Positions 1 through 8,127 of a stretch of 35,203 nt of DNA are shown piece after piece. The notes beneath the pieces were generated by a model. It saw nothing but the letters and a program-made list of their open reading frames with translations, searched no databases and was not told the origin of the DNA. The stretch is from Candidatus Thorarchaeota archaeon. Lineage in GTDB: Archaea > Asgardarchaeota > Thorarchaeia > Thorarchaeales > Thorarchaeaceae. The DNA lies in contig JBHLQH010000003.1 of the NCBI GenBank assembly GCA_048884965.1, positions 1 through 35,203 of the forward strand. The letters are read 5' to 3'. A program made the position numbers and the translations under genes. Within the stretch, counting starts at the first letter, position 1, and every line of letters begins with the position of its first letter.

Positions 1-1719
1 ATCACTGAAGTGTGCCTTCAGGTCGTCATATGTGACTTCCTCCTTCTGCTCTAGGAGTCTAAGCACAGGCTGAGCAATCGTTTCTAGACGTTCCATAAGG
101 TACTGCTCCATCAACTGCAGGATGTTCTCAAGCTCCCCACGTGTTCTTGATCCTTCAATCATATCTGTGAAGATTCTATTGAAGAACTCTGGATTGAGCT
201 CAAGAGCTTGAGCTGTGGACTCTCTTAGAGGAACGTTCCGATTCAGGAGAACCTCAATGTTCGCCAACCGTCGGATGCCTGGCATCATGAATACTACCGC
301 AAACCGATAGTCCTCCTTGGTATGCATCGCCTTGTACGCCTTGTTTATGAGGTCTTTCGCAAAGACATAGTTTAGAAAGACCAAGTCCTCAAGGTCACGC
401 ACTCCAACATCATGGACCTCCTCAAAGATGTCATAGATGGTGTCATCGCGAGTGAAGAGAACCTTGCTCTTAGAAACATACGAGTTGAACACGCTTCCAT
501 CACGTCTTCGGTTAGCGAGCTTCCGGAAGCTATCCCTTTGCAAGACGAACACATCAAACGAAACATCCATCTCGATAAAGCCTCGGTAATCACTGTACGG
601 TTCATCTTTCGTAATCATGATCGCATCGATATCTGACTTCTCCCAGACCTTGTCGTATGAAAGACTACCACCTAGTGTGACTGTAAGCACATATTCGTCT
701 GACTTTGCTCGTTCTACAAAGGCATCTATGGCTTTCTGATAATCTGCATGTACTCGTTCCCGTTCAACTTGCGCGGGACCTACTTGAGTCGGTATTACCT
801 TGCTTTTATCAAACGAATCCCAGCTAAAGTGGTATTGAGCCTCATTGTATTCTACGACTCCTTTCTTTGTGAGCTTGACAGGAGTCACTGTTCGTCTGAG
901 AATGCGCCGTCTATGTAGATGAGTTAGATCTACTATGAAAGGAAATCCCCTTTGACCAAGATCTACCATTAGATCCGTTTGTGAAGTAGTCCCTCCCTGT
1001 TCGGAAATATGATCAAGTACTGGTTTGTAGATGATCAAGTCCAGCGAGTCCATAAACTCATACACTTTCCGCAATGACTGGTCCATGGACTCTTCTGTCA
1101 ACTCGTTTGCAATCAGGTCATCATAGACTTGGGAATAGAGTTCAGGTTCGAACTCTCTCCCTCGCAGAATGACTTCTCTTGGGGGAAAGACATCGTTGAT
1201 GTAGCAAAGCAAGTATCCTAGCTCGCTCAATGCGTGAATGAGAGAGTGGAAACTGTGCGCAATGTCTTTCTTGATGTAGAGATACTTCTCCGCCTTTGAT
1301 AGGTCATACAGCGTAGCAAGATGATAAAGAATCTGTAGATAATCTCTGTCTCTCTTACCAACGTTCCATAATATACCCTTGAAGAACTCGGTGAAGGAGC
1401 AATCTCGAGAGAAGACAAGCTTGCCAAAAGAGAGGACCTGTAGCATTCCTCTTCCCCGTGTAGACTGTAGTCTTCTCATGAATTCATCGCGGCTGTATAT
1501 CTCGACATCTATGGGAATCCCATACTCGATCATTCTAGTTGTTCTGTGACGCCCCTCATCCGTGATTACATACACATTGATGTTGGAACGCTCTGTGACC
1601 TCATCATATGCCATGCTACCATAGAGTATGATAGCAAGAACTCGCCTGTCTAGCTTTGCACGTTCGATGAAGCTTGATAGTGCGTCATCGAACTGTTTCC
1701 TTACTTGTGGATCTTCCAT
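1..1719 (-). CDS. Tandem-duplicated nucleotidyltransferase (Pol-beta/MNT-like) + helical + winged-helix protein; truncated by the window edge; not in the ORF track
   Basis: Hand translation: ATG at 1719 (alternative 1728), GGAG ~10 nt upstream, 573 codons open to position 1. Repeat 1: FDDALSSFIERAKLDRRVLAIILYGSMAYDEVTERSNINVYVI...YKPVLDHISEQGG. Repeat 2: YQKAIDAFVERAKSDEYVLTVTLGGSLSYDKVWEKSDIDAIMI...AQPVLRLLEQKEE. GS-x10-DxD is the Pol-beta superfamily signature. Confidence 0.9.
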   Translation of the reverse strand, partial: MEDPQVRKQFDDALSSFIERAKLDRRVLAIILYGSMAYDEVTERSNINVYVITDEGRHRTTRMIEYGIPIDVEIYSRDEFMRRLQSTRGRGMLQVLSFGKLVFSRDCSFTEFFKGILWNVGKRDRDYLQILYHLATLYDLSKAEKYLYIKKDIAHSFHSLIHALSELGYLLCYINDVFPPREVILRGREFEPELYSQVYDDLIANELTEESMDQSLRKVYEFMDSLDLIIYKPVLDHISEQGGTTSQTDLMVDLGQRGFPFIVDLTHLHRRRILRRTVTPVKLTKKGVVEYNEAQYHFSWDSFDKSKVIPTQVGPAQVERERVHADYQKAIDAFVERAKSDEYVLTVTLGGSLSYDKVWEKSDIDAIMITKDEPYSDYRGFIEMDVSFDVFVLQRDSFRKLANRRRDGSVFNSYVSKSKVLFTRDDTIYDIFEEVHDVGVRDLEDLVFLNYVFAKDLINKAYKAMHTKEDYRFAVVFMMPGIRRLANIEVLLNRNVPLRESTAQALELNPEFFNRIFTDMIEGSRTRGELENILQLMEQYLMERLETIAQPVLRLLEQKEEVTYDDLKAHFSD

Positions 1720-1737
1720 ATACAACATCTCCTGAGT

Positions 1738-4569
1738 CTAGGAAGACTCCACTATCTTCTGGAGGAACTTGCCAGTGTAAGACTGCTCACACTTGATGAT
1801 GTCATCTACAGTACCCTGAGCAATGATCTCTCCGCCTTCTGCACCACCCTCAGGTCCAAGATCGATGATGTAGTCGGAAGACTTGATAACGTCCATATGA
1901 TGCTCGATAACGATGACCGTGTTACCAGCATCGACGAGCTTGTGGATGGTCTTCAGGAGCATCTGAATATCCTCCATGTGGAGCCCCACAGTAGGCTCGT
2001 CCATGATGTAGAGGTTATCCTTCAGTCGTTTCAGCTTTCCTAGCTCCTTGGCGAGCTTGATGCGTTGGCTCTCACCTCCGCTCAAGGTCGGCGCAGGTTG
2101 TCCCACCTTAAGATAGCCTAATCCGAGATCCATCATGGTCTTCGTCTTGTGGCGAATCAACCGGGTTTCCCTGAAGAACTCGTTCGCTTCCTCAACGGTC
2201 ATGTTGAGTATATCGCCCATATTCTTCCCGTTATACCGGATCTCAAGGATCTCCTCTGAGAATCTCGCGCCTTTGCAAACTGGGCAGACTGTCTGGATGT
2301 CAGGCATGTACTGCAACTCTATGCGCACAAGTCCCTCACCGTTACACTCTGCACAGCGCCCCTCAGTCGAGTTGTAGCTGAATCTACCTAAAGTATATCC
2401 TCTATCTTTCGCTTCGGGCGTGTTCGCATAGATCTCCCTGATCTTGTTGAAGAAGCCTACATATGTAGCTGGGATTGATCGCGAGTGTCTTCCGATGGGT
2501 GACTGGTCAACGATCCGCACGTCTACGATGTTCTCGACGCCTTCTAGTCGGTCCAACTTTCCTGGTATCACACGAGGGTCTCGCATATCATGTAGGAGCT
2601 TGTTGCCAAGCACATCCTCGATTAACGTGCTCTTCCCACTCCCACTGACGCCTGTGATGCAGATGAACACACCTAGCGGGAACTCCACATCAATACCCTT
2701 CAGATTATTCTCGCTGGCACCAAAGACCTTCAGTTTCTTACCATTTGGCTTACGTGCCTTTCCCAGATAGGGAATCTGCTTCTTTCCTGTCAGATAATGC
2801 CCTGTCAAGAACTTCGGCTCATTAAGAATCGCTTCATAGGATCCTTGGGCTACAATCTCTCCGCCATGAACACCTGGTCCAGGACCGATCTCTATGATGT
2901 TGTCCGCCTGCATGATCGTTTCCAAGTCATGCTCTATGACGATAACAGTGTTCCCAGTGTCCCTAAGTCGCTTCAGGATATCAATAATCCTGTTGCTATC
3001 CCGCATATGAAGGCCAATCGAAGGCTCGTCCAGTACATACAGCATGCCCATCAGCTCTGAGCCTAGCTGTGTGGAGAGCTTTATTCTTTGCGCTTCACCT
3101 GCAGATAGTGTCCGAGCTCGTCTGTTGAGTCTGAGATAGTAGAGTCCTATATCATCTAGGAGTTGGATGCGCTTTCTGAGTTCGCTCTTGACTTGATTCC
3201 CTGCCTTCTCCCTGTCCTTATCCGCCTTGATGGAGTCTACGAACTCCAAGAGATGATTGATGAAGTACTCACCTAACTCGTCAATATTCTTACCTTCTAC
3301 TGTGACAAGTAGACGCTGTTTGATGAGTTTCTTCCCATGACAATCAGGACAGATGTTCTCAGCCATAATCTTCCGATACCACTCGTAGCGTTCGCCCTTC
3401 TTTCGGTCATTCCTGTACCATCTGTCTATAGAGTTGCAAATACCTCCATACTTGACCTTCTGTCCGATTGAACGATGTCTGTATTTGTTAGGCCAATCAG
3501 GAGGTTCCTGAAGGATGAACTCTTCCTCGATTCCATAGAAAAGCTGGTGTCGTGCACTTTCAGATATCTCTTCAAAGGGAGTATCAATATCGAATCCGAG
3601 ATGCTCTCCAATACTGAACATCCAGTACTTGGGATACCATGTCAGAGCTCCTTTCCTGATCGTCTTCTTTGGATCTATAATCATCAGGCGAGAGTCTGCC
3701 TTCAATAACGTTCCAACTCCTAGACAGGTTGGACATGAATGGTCTGGTAGATTCGGTGAGAATGCACCTGGAAGAAGCTTGTGCATGATGATATGATGCT
3801 CTTTGCAACCAAAGTCGCCATAGAACCTCTTCTTCACATCTGATGAAGATGATTCATCTACTTCGAATCTGATGAATCCACTTCCCACTCTATTGGCATT
3901 CTCTATTGATATTGCAAATTGATGATACAGGTCTCTCTTTATGATGATACGGTCTACCAAGACTTCTATCCGATAGTCCTTGGACTCATCAAGCTCGATC
4001 TTATCATTGATGCTATAGGCTACATCATCGACTCTGATCCGCTTGTATCCCTTCGTTCGTATATCATCAAAGAGAAAGGTATAGTCTTCATCATAGATCT
4101 TGTTCACAGGAGCAAGTATCTCTACACTTGTCCCCTCTGGCAAGGTCATGAGGTGATCAACAATTTGGTTTGCGTTACGTGTGTGGACCTTCTTGCCACA
4201 GTACGGACAGTGTGTCTGACCCAAGACCGAGAAGAGGATTCTCATGTAGCTTGAGATGTCCGTCATGGTTCCGACAGTCGACCTCGGGTTCACCGTTCCT
4301 GTTCGCTGTTCTATAGCGACGACAGGCGACAGCCCAATGATCGAGTCTACATCTGCTCTCTCAAGCATAGGTAGCATAGTCCGCGAAGTTGCTGACATCG
4401 ATTCGAAGAACTTACGTTGCGCTTCACTAAAAATAACGTCAAAAGCAAGCGAAGTCTTTCCCGACCCCGACACACCGGTAATAACGGTCAACTTGTCGCG
4501 CGGGATGTCCACGTCTATATTTCTAAGATTGTTAGTCCTAGCTCCTTTTACACTAATGCTTTCTCTCAT
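1738..4569 (-). CDS. uvrA: UvrA-family ABC ATPase (divergent excinuclease A homologue)
   Basis: GARTNNLRNIDV start; two Walker A motifs (GVSGSGKTS, GVSGSGKST); signatures LSAGEAQR and LSGGESQR; Walker B DEPSIGLH and DEPTVGLH; Zn-binding CxxC pairs; NPRSTVGT; UvrB-binding-like insertion present. GGAGG SD at 4579-4583. Confidence 0.95.
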   Translation of the reverse strand: MRESISVKGARTNNLRNIDVDIPRDKLTVITGVSGSGKTSLAFDVIFSEAQRKFFESMSATSRTMLPMLERADVDSIIGLSPVVAIEQRTGTVNPRSTVGTMTDISSYMRILFSVLGQTHCPYCGKKVHTRNANQIVDHLMTLPEGTSVEILAPVNKIYDEDYTFLFDDIRTKGYKRIRVDDVAYSINDKIELDESKDYRIEVLVDRIIIKRDLYHQFAISIENANRVGSGFIRFEVDESSSSDVKKRFYGDFGCKEHHIIMHKLLPGAFSPNLPDHSCPTCLGVGTLLKADSRLMIIDPKKTIRKGALTWYPKYWMFSIGEHLGFDIDTPFEEISESARHQLFYGIEEEFILQEPPDWPNKYRHRSIGQKVKYGGICNSIDRWYRNDRKKGERYEWYRKIMAENICPDCHGKKLIKQRLLVTVEGKNIDELGEYFINHLLEFVDSIKADKDREKAGNQVKSELRKRIQLLDDIGLYYLRLNRRARTLSAGEAQRIKLSTQLGSELMGMLYVLDEPSIGLHMRDSNRIIDILKRLRDTGNTVIVIEHDLETIMQADNIIEIGPGPGVHGGEIVAQGSYEAILNEPKFLTGHYLTGKKQIPYLGKARKPNGKKLKVFGASENNLKGIDVEFPLGVFICITGVSGSGKSTLIEDVLGNKLLHDMRDPRVIPGKLDRLEGVENIVDVRIVDQSPIGRHSRSIPATYVGFFNKIREIYANTPEAKDRGYTLGRFSYNSTEGRCAECNGEGLVRIELQYMPDIQTVCPVCKGARFSEEILEIRYNGKNMGDILNMTVEEANEFFRETRLIRHKTKTMMDLGLGYLKVGQPAPTLSGGESQRIKLAKELGKLKRLKDNLYIMDEPTVGLHMEDIQMLLKTIHKLVDAGNTVIVIEHHMDVIKSSDYIIDLGPEGGAEGGEIIAQGTVDDIIKCEQSYTGKFLQKIVESS

Positions 4570-4675
4570 GTCTTCATGCCTCCAATCATCAGTTCTACCC
4601 TGAGTTCAATACGTATTGGCGATCAACGCCAACAACTCGCAACAGGGCCTGATGCTAACTGAGGTCTCTCATGTC
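4562..4675 (-). promoter_or_regulatory. Structured uvrA 5' leader: SD-occluding nested hairpin with uORF MRDLS* (4672-4655), flanked by 11-nt direct repeats
   Basis: mRNA-sense pairings CCU-CAGU/AUUG-(G)-AGG, CAUCAG/CUGAUG, GCCCU/AGGGU, GAGUU/AACUC, GUUGGCG/CGCCAAU span 4664-4579. GACATGAGAGA occurs at 4675-4665 and 4572-4562. TTATAT box at ~4712-4707. Confidence 0.6.
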
Positions 4676-4918
4676 GATGAGTAGTCGTAGGTGAATCCGA
4701 GAACACATATAATAGAGCTGTTCAACGTAAGTACATCATCACGTTTGGGCATATGACTTTTGGCAAAATGAGTAGATTTTGCGCATTCCAGCGCTTAGCC
4801 ATCCGTACAGCTGTAATTTAAATCCCGGCAAGCCAATTATGGATATGTTTTTGCTAGGCCAATAAGTGTGCTAAGGGAGGTAGGGAACTTCCTGAGCACA
4901 TTGATTCCTTTTCCCCTA

Positions 4919-7420
4919 ATGGAGGATAAGAAATTGAAGCTAGTGAAGTCAAGTGTGATATTGATTTTGGTATTGATATTGTGCAGTTCAATATTGATGT
5001 TTGGTGGAGAACTGACGAACAAGATCATCATTAGCACAAAACCTGTTAGTCTAAGTGCTGGAGATCCGCCAATAGAGATAGCTGGCGATGTTGAATTCAA
5101 TACAACAGCCTTTGCCAACGGATGGAGCGGTAATGGGACCGAAATCAACCCGTATATCATCGAATATCAAGTAATCGACAAGGCTTTTGGACAAGGGCCG
5201 TGTATCAATATTAGTGATACTAGAGCCTATTTCATTATTCGATATTGTGACCTTCGATACGCAACTTACTATCTGAATGGTGCGGGAGTCTACCTAACTA
5301 ATGTCACCAATGGTCAAATTGTTCAGAATACAATCTTCTATAATGAATATGGAATCTACATGTCCTCCTGTCAAGACATTGTTGTGTTCAACAACTCAAT
5401 GTCTTCCATAGATCGTGCAGGACTTTCTCTCTTCAGCTCAAGTTCACTAACTATCGAAAACAATACTATGGATGCAGGGATTGAATTCTGGTGGAGTCAT
5501 TCGAATATCTTGGTAAACAACACACTGGCAGTCGATGGCTTTGATTTCGTCGGATACTATACGGGCGATTTTACGCAGAGTTTTGTTGACGATAATACAG
5601 TCAGTGGAAAGCCCATCATCTTCTGGCAGCATCAAATTGGTGGGACTGTTCCGACTGATGCTGGTCAAGTAATTCTTTTGAACTGTTCAGAATACACTGT
5701 ACGCGATCAGATAATCGACTCGTCGAAAAATGGTATTGACATTATTCGATGCACTGAGATTACAGTAACCAACAACACTCTAACAGGATGCTATAGAGGG
5801 ATTCGCCTCTGCTATTCGCAATCTATAGAAGTTTTCGAGAACAATTGTACTGCAAACAGTCGTTGGGGTATATATCTAGATTCAACATCGGACTCTGAGA
5901 TTCAATACAACCTATGCCAGAATCATTTTAGCTCCGGGTTAGGGGTCGGAATCTATGCCACCACAAGTGAAAACATAACGATTTCTGAGAATAATTGCAC
6001 AACGAATGATGTTGGCATTGAAACCTATTCAAATACCCAGAAATGTAAGATCTTTGATAATATTTGCAATGAGAATTCTCGTGGGATCTCAATGCAGATG
6101 TCTAGGTTGAATGAGGTCTTTGAAAATGAAGTGGTATGGAATACACAATATGGGGTGGTCATCTATAGTCCCTCTGATGACAACATGATAATGAATAACA
6201 ACTTGTCAGAAAATCCACGTGGTGTGTATCTGTCGAACTGTCCTCAGAACCACATCATCAACAACTCGATTTCTGCATCGCACGTAAGCGGGTCCTATGG
6301 AGTCTACGTTTCTGGTGGTTCTGAAGGCCATGTCATTTTTGACAATAAGATTCAGTTCGTAAATTGCGCGATATATCTGAAAGATTCTCTCTATAATACA
6401 CTGAGCTACAATAATCTCACACAGAACAATCTATCTATCTACCTTATCTCGTCAAATCACACCACAATCGCTCATAATCTTCTAGATGGGGGCGATGATA
6501 TCGGCCTCTATATGGAATCAAACACCTGCGACAATGAGATGACTTGGAATGTCTTCAATGATTGTGACATCAACGCTATTGATGATGGTTCTGATTCACT
6601 CTTTGATTACAATTACTGGAGCAACTATACAGGTATTGATGCTGATAGCGATGGAATTGGGGATACGCCACATCCGATTCAGGGCATTGCAGATAACTCT
6701 GATGCGCACCCAGTTGTTGTACTTCCAGAGACGCCAGTGTGGATGAATGGTCCTGAGGATCAGGTTCTCGAATTTGGCGAATCTTTCCACTACGACCTTA
6801 ACGCCACAGTAAGTACGGTTATAGGTGGGTGGAGTCTAAGTGATATGACGGACTTTACTATCAATTCCGAGGGGGTCATTACAAATATCACCTCTCTCTC
6901 AGTTGGTATCTATCCTCTCTATGTTGATGTTTTTGATATATATGGAATGACTCTCACTGGATTCTTTATTCTTGAAGTAGAAGACACCACATCTCCTTCT
7001 TGGGTATCGGTTCCAGAAAATCAGATTCTAGATTACGACGAGTCATTCTCATACCAGCTCGAAGCATTTGATCTTTCAGGAATTCATACTTGGTATCTCA
7101 ACAATACATCCGAGTTCTCCATTAACAACTCCGGTTTGATAACTAATAATACAATGCTTGCACCAGGGGTATACCATCTCTATGTAGAAGCTTCAGATGT
7201 GTATGGCAATCTAGTTAGTGCCACATTTGATGTGATTGTTCAAGAATCAACTACTACAACTACAGCCACAAGCACCAGTACAACTACATCAACTTCAACA
7301 CACTCAACGACACCCACTCAGCCACCCTTTTTGCTAGACCCCACACTGTTAATGGTTCTGGGAATAGGTGCAGCTGCTTTCGTCATTGTGATAGTATTAG
7401 TCCTTCGAAAACGGGCATAA
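4919..7420 (+). CDS. Cell-surface protein: NosD/CASH right-handed beta-helix, two cadherin/Ig-like repeats, Thr/Ser linker, C-terminal TM anchor
   Basis: Likely start MEDKKLK at 4919 (track starts 4868). Signal peptide; GNGTEINPYIIE; many GI-x-L...NN beta-helix turns; NYWSNYTGIDADSDGIGDTP; two 87-aa repeats; TTTTTATSTST linker; FVIVIVLVLRKRA end. Confidence 0.88.
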   Translation: MEDKKLKLVKSSVILILVLILCSSILMFGGELTNKIIISTKPVSLSAGDPPIEIAGDVEFNTTAFANGWSGNGTEINPYIIEYQVIDKAFGQGPCINISDTRAYFIIRYCDLRYATYYLNGAGVYLTNVTNGQIVQNTIFYNEYGIYMSSCQDIVVFNNSMSSIDRAGLSLFSSSSLTIENNTMDAGIEFWWSHSNILVNNTLAVDGFDFVGYYTGDFTQSFVDDNTVSGKPIIFWQHQIGGTVPTDAGQVILLNCSEYTVRDQIIDSSKNGIDIIRCTEITVTNNTLTGCYRGIRLCYSQSIEVFENNCTANSRWGIYLDSTSDSEIQYNLCQNHFSSGLGVGIYATTSENITISENNCTTNDVGIETYSNTQKCKIFDNICNENSRGISMQMSRLNEVFENEVVWNTQYGVVIYSPSDDNMIMNNNLSENPRGVYLSNCPQNHIINNSISASHVSGSYGVYVSGGSEGHVIFDNKIQFVNCAIYLKDSLYNTLSYNNLTQNNLSIYLISSNHTTIAHNLLDGGDDIGLYMESNTCDNEMTWNVFNDCDINAIDDGSDSLFDYNYWSNYTGIDADSDGIGDTPHPIQGIADNSDAHPVVVLPETPVWMNGPEDQVLEFGESFHYDLNATVSTVIGGWSLSDMTDFTINSEGVITNITSLSVGIYPLYVDVFDIYGMTLTGFFILEVEDTTSPSWVSVPENQILDYDESFSYQLEAFDLSGIHTWYLNNTSEFSINNSGLITNNTMLAPGVYHLYVEASDVYGNLVSATFDVIVQESTTTTTATSTSTTTSTSTHSTTPTQPPFLLDPTLLMVLGIGAAAFVIVIVLVLRKRA
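6734..7246 (+). repeat. Two tandem ~87-aa cadherin-like/Ig-like domains within the surface protein
   Basis: PVWMNGPEDQVLEFGESFHYDLNA...FTINSEGVITN...GIYPLYVDVFDIYG aligns with PSWVSVPENQILDYDESFSYQLEA...FSINNSGLITN...GVYHLYVEASDVYG; the period is 261 nt. Confidence 0.8.
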
Positions 7421-7438
7421 ATCTAGAAAATGTCATCT

Positions 7439-7463
7439 ATGACAGGGGACATACCCCTGTCAT
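7439..7463. terminator. Perfect 10-bp hairpin downstream of the surface-protein gene
   Basis: ATGACAGGGG-acata-CCCCTGTCAT, 18 nt after the stop codon. There is no strong U-tract, so the function is uncertain. Confidence 0.45.
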
Positions 7464-7573
7464 CTCTCTATTTAAGTTGAGCAATCTTGGATAGATTCTC
7501 TCATTACTCCCAAGATGCTAAATGCGACTTCGTCCTTGAACGACTATTAATGCTGAGAGGAGGAATCACATCA

Positions 7574-8059
7574 TTGCTGTTTTGCCCCAAATGCGGTAAG
7601 AAAACATTGGCCAAGAATCAAGAGAAAACCTATCGCGTATCCTGCTCTTCCTGCGATTATTTTGAATATGACAACCCTGCACCTGCAGTGGCTGCAATCT
7701 TGGTTTATAATGGCAATCTGATTGTAATGCAATACAAAGACAGACCTCATCTTTGGGGGCTACCTGGTGGGTTTGTCGATTCGGGCGAGGATTTAGAAAC
7801 AGCTTTGGTTCGCGAGGTGAAAGAGGAAACAGGTTTGGAAATCACCATTACTGGATATCTGAATTCCTACCCCACGAAGAGACACGATAAGGATGTCGTT
7901 TTCATCGTCTTTACCGCCAGAAGCACCTCTAACACCATAACTTTGGGTGATGAGCATCTACAGGTGCTAGCATTGCCGCCTCATGAGGCATATGATAGAC
8001 TCACAGGAACCTACTCAAAGCAAGCAGTCAGTGAGTGGTTGGAGTATACAGGAATGTAG
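7574..8059 (+). CDS. Nudix hydrolase with N-terminal zinc ribbon
   Basis: CPKC...CSSC ribbon; YDNPAPAV; Nudix box GGFVDSGEDLETALVREVKEETG. TTG 7574 follows a GAGGAGGA SD (track start 7487 is probably too early). Confidence 0.9.
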   Translation: MLFCPKCGKKTLAKNQEKTYRVSCSSCDYFEYDNPAPAVAAILVYNGNLIVMQYKDRPHLWGLPGGFVDSGEDLETALVREVKEETGLEITITGYLNSYPTKRHDKDVVFIVFTARSTSNTITLGDEHLQVLALPPHEAYDRLTGTYSKQAVSEWLEYTGM

Positions 8060-8127
8060 TGAGCAATTAAAACTCCATTTCATTTCTTTTACAGATTCTA
8101 GAATATTCTTTCATACGAGGCAATGCA

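Noticed and set aside
372-1427. Track ORFs 372-605, 412-636 and 1227-1427
   Set aside because: They are off-frame or antisense shadows of the long minus-strand NTase ORF (1-1719).
1705-4662. Multiple short ORFs overlapping uvrA
   Set aside because: They are antisense or alternate-frame shadows with no motifs. The same applies to the short ORFs inside the ACS, nrdJ, bPH_2 and ABC genes.
4579-4664. C/D-box sRNA or tRNA reading of the uvrA leader (contains CUGAUGA)
   Set aside because: There is no properly ordered C-D'-C'-D box set, and no cloverleaf or T-loop consensus.
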